Below, in pieces: positions 56,515 through 64,000 of a DNA stretch of 64,000 nt. Numbering within the stretch: the first letter of the stretch is position 1; each line of letters starts with the position of its first letter. A model generated the notes under the pieces. It searched no databases, was not told where the DNA came from, and saw nothing but the letters and a program-made list of their open reading frames with translations. Origin of the DNA: an uncultured Nitrospinota bacterium (lineage in GTDB: Bacteria > Tectomicrobia > Entotheonellia > J063 > CAVPRW01); assembly GCA_963707985.1 (NCBI GenBank), contig CAVPRW010000005.1, forward strand, positions 32,001 through 96,000, in the 5' to 3' direction. Position numbers and translations under genes: made by a program.

Positions 56515-59342
56515 ATGACTCCTTCACCGTTGAAGCCCTGGTATGCCATGGCGATTCCTCACGAAGACATCCGCGAAGGTCGGCTCAGCGAGGCGGTCTT
56601 TGCCGCCAATCTCTGGGCAGTCGTGCAGGATAAGACCGTCCCGGAGATCTATCGCGACCCCGAGGTCTTCTTCGCCAAGACCTACCTGACGGCTGGATTG
56701 ACCAACGTGCTCAAGAAGATTACGCGGGCGCTGTCGGGGGAGGCTGATGCAGGAGACCGCCTGTTGAGCCTGCAAACCGCCTTCGGTGGCGGAAAGACGC
56801 ATACCCTGGTGGCGCTGTGGCATCTCGCCAAGTACTCAGACCGTATCCGCCGCTCTGGTGCGTGTGCTGATGTCCGGGATGTGATTGGCGATCAGTTGCC
56901 TCAACACGTCAAGGCGGTCGCCGTGTTCACCAATCAGACCTGTGACGCGACGCAGGGGCGGCAGACCCCCGAAGGCGTCCATACGCGGACACTCTGGGGC
57001 GAACTGGCCCTGCAATTGGGCGGTGTGGAGCTCTACCGCACGATCGAAGCCAACGACCAGGGCCGCACCGTTCCCCAGGGGCTCTTTGTGGAGGTTCTCC
57101 GGCGTGCGGCGCCGTGCCTGATCCTGCTGGATGAGCTCGCCGACTACTGTGTCGGGGCCTCGGCGATCGAGGTCGGCGATACCACCCTGGCCGACCAGAC
57201 GATTTCCTTCGTCCAGCAACTCAGCGAAGCCGTCCAGCAAGTCAAAGGGGTCGCAGTGGTCGCCACCCTGCCCGCTAGCCATCTTGAAGTGGCCGGGTCG
57301 GAGAAGGGGCAGGAGATCCTCGGCCGGCTCGAACGCCGGTTCGGGCGGATGAGCGCCGATATCAGGCCTGTGGCCGATGAGGAAATCTACGAGGTCGTCC
57401 GCCGACGGCTCTTTGAGTCGCTGGGCGATGTGGCAGAGCACGAACACGTTGCAGACGCCTATCTGAAGATGTATCAGCAGCATAAGAACGAGGTGCCCAC
57501 CGAGGCGACTCGCGGAACGTATAAGGAGCGTCTCCTGGCGGCCTATCCGTTCCATCCGACACTGATCGACGGCCTGTATTTACGGTGGGGCAGTCATAGC
57601 GAATTTCAGCGCACGCGCGGTGTCCTGCGACTCCTGGCCAGCCTGATCGGTGACCTCTGGCAGCGGCGCCAAACGGAAACACAGTCGCAACCTCTGATCC
57701 AGCCGTGCCACATCCGTTGGACCGTGGATGCCTGGCATGCGGCGCTGACGCGCCTCTGGGGCGGGGCCTACGAATCGGTCGTCGCCTGCCGATGTGATCG
57801 GCGACAAGGCGAATGCGACTGCTGCTCGACGAAGAGCGCGGAGGCGACTATCGCACCGAGAAATTGGCACAAGGGCTGGCGGCGGCAATGCTGCTCGGGT
57901 CGTTCGGCGGGCAAGGGGAGCGGGCGGGCTATAGCACCAAAGACCTGAAAGTGTGCGTCAGCCGTCCGGACCTGAATTGGGGATACACGGACGGGGCAAT
58001 GTTGGCGTTGGAAGATCGGGCCTTCTACCTGCACCCTGCCAGCGCCGGCAATCTGGGGAAACGGTACTGGTTTGGCACCACGCCGACGCTGACCAAGCTC
58101 ATCGTACAGTACCGTAACCAATTGGCATCCAAAGACTTCGATCCAGAGATTCTGGAGACCCTGCAGGAGCAGATGAAGAATCTCAAGCCCGAACCCGCAA
58201 CCTGGCATGCATTGGTCAATCCTGGGCGTGACTTACCTGAACAAAGATCGCTTACCTTGCTGATCATGCCTCCCGCGTGCGCATACTCCGAGAACGGTGG
58301 CGCCTTGTCGCTTATCCCTTCGCCCGTTGAGCAGCGCCTGTTGGACCTGAGCCAGAAATGTGGCAATCGCGACCGAACCTACCGCAATACCCTGCTATTC
58401 CTCTTACCATCGTCACGTGGGCTGACACGGCTGCGCAACGCCTTACGCGAGGTGGCTGCCCTCGAAGCCGTGAAGCGTGATTATGGTAGCCAGCTCGACG
58501 GCGAGCAGCGTGACGACCTCAATAAGCGATTGGGGACAGCGTCCAAGGGAGTCGTCGAGTCGTTAGGGAGCGCGTATACCTATATCGCACGGATCGAAGG
58601 GCAAGGTGTCAATCCGGCGACAATGAGCAATCCCAAGCTCACCCTGAGCGAGCATTTGCAGGCGGTCTGGCAGCAACTGGTGGAAGCGGAAGAATGGGTG
58701 TTGCGCAAAGTGGGCACGGTTACCTTACAACGAGTGGGGCTTGTGCCCACTGAGGGTGGTATTCGCGTCAAAGACGCCATCGAAGCCTTCGTGCGCTATA
58801 CCGACAAACCCATGATTGCGTCGCCTGGTGCAGTGCTGGAGGGGTTAAAACAAGCCTGCAGAGACAAACTTCTCGGCATTGGACGTGGGATGACATTGGC
58901 CAATCTCCAACGGAAGTGGTGTGGAGAAGATGTCACTCTGGATGCGAACGAGGAGGGTCTGTGGATTATCCCACCCTTTGAGCCAGAGCCTGTGTCCATT
59001 GGATCGAGTGACCGCGTACCGACGCCACGCCCCAGATCGACTGACGAGACGCCACCCGAGGACCAAGATTCCTCGACGACAACTACGGTCGACACAAGTG
59101 CGCCCTCTACCGAACAGATGATGCGGCTTATGATCAGCGGCTCAGTCTCCCTCGACAACTGGTCGGAGATTTTCCGCTGTTTTATCAGCCCTGCTGCTCG
59201 GATGAATCTGAAGCGACTACGCTTGGGGATTCATTTCGAGCTAGAGGCGCACGATAGTCAATCTCTCGATCCAAATGATCCCGCGGTCAAGGCCATGAAA
59301 GAGGCTGCTAGGCAGTTAGGATTGGAATTTGAGGAGGGATAG
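56515..59342 (+). CDS. DUF499 family AAA+ ATPase (indel near 57785)
   Basis: KPW...PHEDI, FAANL, FFAKTYLT, LQTAFGGGKTH, LILLDE, VVRRRLF, AYPFHP, FQRTRGVLRL. Confidence 0.88.
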
Positions 59343-59364
59343 GATAGTCATTGTACGGGCAGGG

Positions 59365-59949
59365 CTACCAGTTCTTGGTGACAGAAACGGGAAGGCCGAC
59401 ACGCATGAAGAAGCGAGCAAAAGCCTGCGACAAATGCTCGCGATAAGGCGGCAGCAAGCGCAACCTGGGCTGTCCCCGATGCTTAAGGAGGGACTCAAGG
59501 AAATCGCGCGGAATGGTGTATACCTCGTGAAAATCAACCAGGCGGTGGGTAATGCTGATCTCCCCACTATTGCCAGGGTTTAAGATTGCAAGATTCCATA
59601 CGAAGCCGTCACAGATATCATCACAATATCGTTTCCAAGCCTTTTCTGTCGGATTTTGGTTTACCCTTCGCATCTGGGCTTCCCACTCCGATCGATAATC
59701 AACGAGAGAAAGGTGAGGGCATAGGACAACGTTGGTAACTTTCTCATATTCGAGATCACAGGCCTGTGTCATCACTATGACGTCGGCCCGGATAGCTGTA
59801 GTCGCTCCCTGCAAGACCTCGGTTTCGTCTGCACCATGTATTTCAAGAAGCTCAGCCCTCCAGACGATCAATGGGCACTCAAATATTAGGTCGCCTTGAG
59901 TCAACCTACTATTGGCGTCCACCGCTTCGTACCAGGCGTCACTCATCAT
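59365..59949 (-). CDS. Hypothetical protein, possible PemK/MazF-like fold
   Basis: LTQGDLI, VIVMTQACDL, VVLCP, LVDFHEVYTIP, RLRLLPPYREHLSQAFARFFMRVGLP; overlaps the upstream stop. Confidence 0.7.
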   Translation of the reverse strand: MMSDAWYEAVDANSRLTQGDLIFECPLIVWRAELLEIHGADETEVLQGATTAIRADVIVMTQACDLEYEKVTNVVLCPHLSLVDYRSEWEAQMRRVNQNPTEKAWKRYCDDICDGFVWNLAILNPGNSGEISITHRLVDFHEVYTIPRDFLESLLKHRGQPRLRLLPPYREHLSQAFARFFMRVGLPVSVTKNW

Positions 59950-60652
59950 CTCTCTCAAGTGTGCGGCGGCCAATTGTAATATGGGGTTTCCAACGTGGTA
60001 AATCGGCGGTGCGGATTTCAACCTGCTGCGAGAACAGCACTTCGCGACTGTGAGTAGGAGCGAACACGCCACGCCATGTAGTTGGCTCTGGTTCGGGATA
60101 CTCTTGATCTACAGGATATGCGACATGCGATTCAATACTCCCTGTAGGATTACAATCCGCAAGGAAGGTCAAAGGCCTCTTAATTGCCTTCTCGGTCTCC
60201 ACCGGCCGTTCGCCCGTGTGCTCTTTGCCTTCTATAAGGAGCCTAATAACCCGCGATGACTGTGGTGCATGATGCCGGAACTCTTCTAGGATGAGCCCGC
60301 AAGAAAGGGTTGCAATAGTATTACCATGTTGATCCTTCGGAATTGCATAAACGGCACGAATTGCCTTTATAAAGCTCTGTAGAACTCCGTAGGAGAACTT
60401 TGGTGACATCAGTTGGCATGCGATGACGAGGCTACCTGATGCTATGACATGTGAGCTGATAGAGTGTACCAGGCCGGTGCTAGCAGGCCAGGAATTCCAT
60501 CTGGCAGCTGAGCCAGGTTCATAGAACCCGCCCGATGTAAGATCGGGCTCTGCCCAGTCGACGTCTCCCATTGTGGTTGTCGTGGTAGCGTTGTCTTCAT
60601 CAGCCAACCAAGCCCGTGGTATTTGTGTAGGGCGCTCAGATATCGGATTCAT
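59939..60652 (-). CDS. Hypothetical protein (middle gene of a coupled three-gene operon)
   Basis: ATGA overlap with the upstream gene at 60649-60652; stop overlaps the downstream start. Confidence 0.55.
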   Translation of the reverse strand: MNPISERPTQIPRAWLADEDNATTTTTMGDVDWAEPDLTSGGFYEPGSAARWNSWPASTGLVHSISSHVIASGSLVIACQLMSPKFSYGVLQSFIKAIRAVYAIPKDQHGNTIATLSCGLILEEFRHHAPQSSRVIRLLIEGKEHTGERPVETEKAIKRPLTFLADCNPTGSIESHVAYPVDQEYPEPEPTTWRGVFAPTHSREVLFSQQVEIRTADLPRWKPHITIGRRTLERDDE

Positions 60653-61473
60653 TGTTTTCGGCCCCATATGTTCTGCTGTACTTCCTCTCCAGTCAGGTCG
60701 GCGAATCCACGTACGATCCATTCGTGGGCGAGATCGAACCAAGACCAAGTAGCTTCCTGTGACTTATCGCTCCCGACGCCTCGTGCTGTTAGCTCAAACA
60801 AAAGTATCGGATGCTTATCGTGGGGACGGATCGCATGGCGGATAGTCACGTGCAATCGACCAGCACGGTTGGGGAGGACGAAGGTTGTTCGCCAATTGAT
60901 TCCTTCGGGTGCAGACATGAAACGCTGTGTGCCACCCCGCCAGGCGAAGTCAGGAAAAACCTTTCCAATGTCATTGAGCGTTGTCCAACCATCTCCTTGC
61001 GGGATGTGATTGACGTATGTCATCTCGTACTGTAGTGGCTCTACAGTCCCGAGCTTGGCCTCCCTCAAGTATGACTCAAATTTCGCCAGGTGATCCCGGA
61101 ACATCTCAATGACATGGTGGTAGTGCGGGTACTCATCTTGTGGCCGCACCTTCCTCCAGTTATGTAGAAAGCGGTCAGTCTGGACCTGGATGATTCCATT
61201 GCCATTCGTGTGCACGAACCAAATCCGTGGTATTAACAGCTTGTCGGTTAACTCGAATTCGAGAGTTGGTCCAGCTGTCTCGTCGAACCTTTCAACCACC
61301 GGCGGTAATGGGGCGACCTCCTGACAGCTTGGGTAATCAGGCTTAAATTTTTCCCATAGTAATCCAAAATGCGGTACCAACATCGTTGCAATCGGCTTGA
61401 AAAGTACCCCGCAAACCACCTCAATAACAGGTGGATTCTCATATTTAGGGAGACTTTCCGAGGTTCTTGTCAC
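60649..61473 (-). CDS. TIGR04255-like family protein
   Basis: LPKYENPPVIEVVCGVLF, RIWF, IIQVQTDRFLHNWRK, EYPHY, EMTYVNHI, WFDLAHEWIVRGFADLT. Confidence 0.8.
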   Translation of the reverse strand: MTRTSESLPKYENPPVIEVVCGVLFKPIATMLVPHFGLLWEKFKPDYPSCQEVAPLPPVVERFDETAGPTLEFELTDKLLIPRIWFVHTNGNGIIQVQTDRFLHNWRKVRPQDEYPHYHHVIEMFRDHLAKFESYLREAKLGTVEPLQYEMTYVNHIPQGDGWTTLNDIGKVFPDFAWRGGTQRFMSAPEGINWRTTFVLPNRAGRLHVTIRHAIRPHDKHPILLFELTARGVGSDKSQEATWSWFDLAHEWIVRGFADLTGEEVQQNIWGRKQ

Positions 61474-61791
61474 GTCGGATACTCCAGTTTACCTTTGGCA
61501 AACGGTATCTCGCGATGAAGATGACCGCCGATGGTTCCCGACTGCTTTGAGAATTTATCATTTTGGCTAAGCCAATTCTACTACAATACTATCATACCAT
61601 ATGTAATATGTACCCTACCCACCCTAAAGCCTAAGAGGGCTATACAACGGATCGCTCAGCTGCGCCTCCAGGACCTGACTACCCGCGAATTCTAGGAGTG
61701 GATTCCCCCTATCAGAGATCGTCCCTACCTTGTCAGCCGACAGTTGCTCGGGGGTTCTAAGGGAACAGGTCGACCGACGAATTATGTGTAC

Positions 61792-62346
61792 TCACTCGCT
61801 CGCCCACTGTTCTCGCAGCTCGGCCATTCGCTGGCGGGTGAGGGCGCTAATTTTTTGCTCCCTGACTAGCAAGGCCAGCGTTGGATCCTCAGCTGGCCCC
61901 TGTCGACGGTACGCATCTGCCGCCCACAGCTCAGCTTGCTGCCAAAGAACTAGCTCTGGATCTTCAGGACCGTTGGGTGGCAATGCCTGTCCGTAAAGCT
62001 TGGCTACTTTCAGCACCTCCACTGATGTCTTTCTATCACCATCTTCGACCACCTTTTCAAGCACTTCGATGGCCTTGCCCATGAGTGCCCGTAACCGCTC
62101 CTGTGCGTCCCACCACAATTCCTTGCGGCGCCGGTTCAATTCGGCGATAAAGACCGGATGGACATTACGCCACTGCCACACAGTCTCCCGAGCGATTCCG
62201 ACGGCTTCGGCCACTTCGCGGTCGGACTGACCCTGCACGAGCAACTCAATGGCGTTCCGCTGTTCAGCCAATAGCGGTTTATATCCACCGGCTGGTGAGG
62301 ATTTGCCAGTTTTTGATGAAGCCATAGGCTTTCTTTTCCCTCTCAT
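61792..62346 (-). CDS. Helix-turn-helix protein (phage terminase-small-subunit-like HTH)
   Basis: QRNAIELLVQGQSDREVAEAVGIARETVWQW...PVFIAELNRRR. Confidence 0.7.
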   Translation of the reverse strand: MRGKRKPMASSKTGKSSPAGGYKPLLAEQRNAIELLVQGQSDREVAEAVGIARETVWQWRNVHPVFIAELNRRRKELWWDAQERLRALMGKAIEVLEKVVEDGDRKTSVEVLKVAKLYGQALPPNGPEDPELVLWQQAELWAADAYRRQGPAEDPTLALLVREQKISALTRQRMAELREQWASE

Positions 62347-62959
62347 TTGTCGCTGTTTATATGTATCTCCGTTTGAATCCTGGTGTAGATGGGCTTAAAT
62401 TGCGCCAGCATTAGGGTCATGCCTGTCGTTTCAGCCTCTCGAGCCATCCACCGCAGCCGCTCGTAGGTCTGCCAGTGCATCCCCTTGGGTTTATCGGGGA
62501 AGGGCTCCACCAGGCTAGAACTGCCGCCAAGCCGCCGGCGGATCTTTTGGGCCTTGGTGACCAACCGTGTGGCGTCATCTTCGCGCTGACTCTCGTACAC
62601 TAGATCATGGCAGTCTCGGCAAAGAAAATAGCGACCACCTAGGTACAGTTTCGCCGCGCGACGATTGCATTCCCAGCCTGGGCACCAAAACCACGGCCGC
62701 TGTCCACCATACTGGCACGGAGTCCAAGTTAAAGGAACAGGTTCTTCGATGTCGAGCCCATGTTCATCCCCTCTTCGAATCCGATATGAGAGGAGCACAC
62801 GCTCGTATTTTACCTCCACCATGATTCCACCCCACCAGAACTGGGCGCCGGTATGGAGCCATCCTTGCCGTTGCCACTCTCGGACGTCAATATGCTGGCG
62901 GCTTTCAGCTGTATCCTTGGTATTCCACCGATACCACCGCCCCGAGCCCGGCCCCCCAT
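62343..62959 (-). CDS. Hypothetical Zn-finger protein of a type often seen in integrative/phage-like elements (one G missing just after the ATG)
   Basis: GGAGG-aacaat-ATG then (G)GGPGSG; GGQRPWFWCP...C..RAAKLY...FLCRDCHDLVYESQ; KPKGMHWQTY. Confidence 0.7.
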
Positions 62960-63455
62960 ATTGTTCCTCCAATATTTTTACCGAAATCATCAGGCAAATT
63001 TCAGCCTTTTGTTGTTATCAAATCGTTTCCATACCTTGTGCTGCAAGGGATTCAGGGTATACAAAGATATGGATGGAATAGGCAGCCGCTCTGCATCATT
63101 CCACCGCCCTGGTTGTCCATTCCAGGGAGATTTGGGGGGGGGAAGAGCTTTCCATCAACGTGATCAAAGTAACGGCGATAACCTCGCCATTTATTGAAAG
63201 ATCCTGCAGCTGACAGCTCGCCATCCCCAGAGTACACGAATTTTGTGGGTCGCGGACAATGATCCTTCTTGGAACAGTACCCCTCGACCCATCGGGCATT
63301 AAACAGTTTGTTCCCGCGCCGACTTTCGCCAAAACCCGTATCTCCTTATAGGAATAGACTGTGCTCTCTCGGGGCCACTTGTCATGAGGGAATTCATCGG
63401 CGACTGGTCATATTTTAGCGTGCAGCGTCTCGCTCCATGCCCTGATGGCGACGAC

Positions 63456-63767
63456 CTAGGCATTTCCATGAATCAGACACGCTCGACAGATCAGCCGTCC
63501 ATCGAGCCAGCGCCAGCGATCATGGGAGCGACAGGCAGTGCAAGGGGTATCGCTCAGGCAATCGACGGGTGGGGCATCTCGCTGGAAGGGAGCTGGCGCC
63601 AGTGGTGTACTCAGTAATTGCAGCAGTTCCGCCTTGTGCTGGACCATGGCCCGCCGCAGCTCAGCTGTCAGTGTACTCATGGGCGCGTCTACGTGCGGGC
63701 GGTCACCGCATGGTGTCAAGACGACGCCGCGCCGCGTAAGTTCGCCAAGCAGGTCTGTGGCGGTCAT
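63456..63767 (-). CDS. Small protein with TubC-N docking-like N-terminus and CxxC pairs
   Basis: LLGELTRRGVVL...DAP...LRRAMVQHKAELLQLL; CTAC, CRAC; start overlaps the upstream stop. Confidence 0.55.
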   Translation of the reverse strand: MTATDLLGELTRRGVVLTPCGDRPHVDAPMSTLTAELRRAMVQHKAELLQLLSTPLAPAPFQRDAPPVDCLSDTPCTACRSHDRWRWLDGRLICRACLIHGNA

Positions 63768-64000
63768 AATTCAAATACCTCACGCTCCCCATCCCTGGTC
63801 GGTTTTACGGTCGGGTTCTCAAGACAACTCGACCATGCGGCGGGGGATACATCACCATTATCGCTGCGAGGGACCTCTTCCCTAACCTTTGATCTGACCA
63901 ACCTGACCAGCTGATCAGATGCCTTTGATATATCAGTGCTTTCTCTGGGTTGATTGGGGCTCGGATGAGGGTCAGAATCTGACCACACACCTGATATGGT
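63764..64000 (-). CDS. 3' end of a gene starting outside the window (possibly a replication protein)
   Basis: Open frame ending REVFEL*, overlapping the next ATG. Confidence 0.35.
   Translation of the reverse strand, partial: TISGVWSDSDPHPSPNQPRESTDISKASDQLVRLVRSKVREEVPRSDNGDVSPAAWSSCLENPTVKPTRDGEREVFEL

Larger units (their letters stand above)
46529..64000. mobile_element. Genomic island / integrative element at tRNA-Leu (extends beyond the window)
   Basis: Abrupt switch from core genes to IS, defence and phage-like genes right after the tRNA; integrase not in the window. Confidence 0.7.

Noticed and set aside
63000..63455. Short ORFs in the satellite-like region
   Set aside because: No recognisable motif or clear start; left uncalled.

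Overview
GC-rich bacterial chromosome segment, probably from a diderm environmental lineage (not determinable from this window). About 20 genes, including housekeeping ones, are broken by single-base indels, which I read as long-read consensus errors. 1-16.5 kb: Rieske oxygenase, DUF433/PIN toxin-antitoxin pair with a 150-bp tandem duplication, sigma54-driven formamidase with a hidden Tat leader, rmuC, argDFG, thiolase-DUF35 fusion, IDH/IPMDH-family dehydrogenase, folD. 16.5-29 kb (minus strand) is the most unusual part. In transcription order: sigma54 response regulator, sigma54 promoter, an unannotated 35-39 aa secreted peptide, terminator, orphan OppA-like lipoprotein overlapping a sensor kinase, a second sigma54 promoter with the same enhancer-like palindrome, a small protein, then a vWA-TM-FHA-like protein and a tubulin-like (FtsZl1-type) protein. 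This looks like a peptide autoinduction or quorum-sensing circuit. 29-46.5 kb: tlyA-ispA-xseBA, a degenerate folD paralog, four cysteine desulfurase-like genes with odd IscU-like partners, cysE, queG, comF, gap-pgk-tpiA-secG and tRNA-Leu(GAG). From the tRNA to the window end is a genomic island: two decayed IS elements with apparent A>C/T>G-biased substitutions, an inactivated SNF2/DUF1156/DUF499 defence locus, a TIGR04255-like three-gene operon and phage-satellite-like genes.
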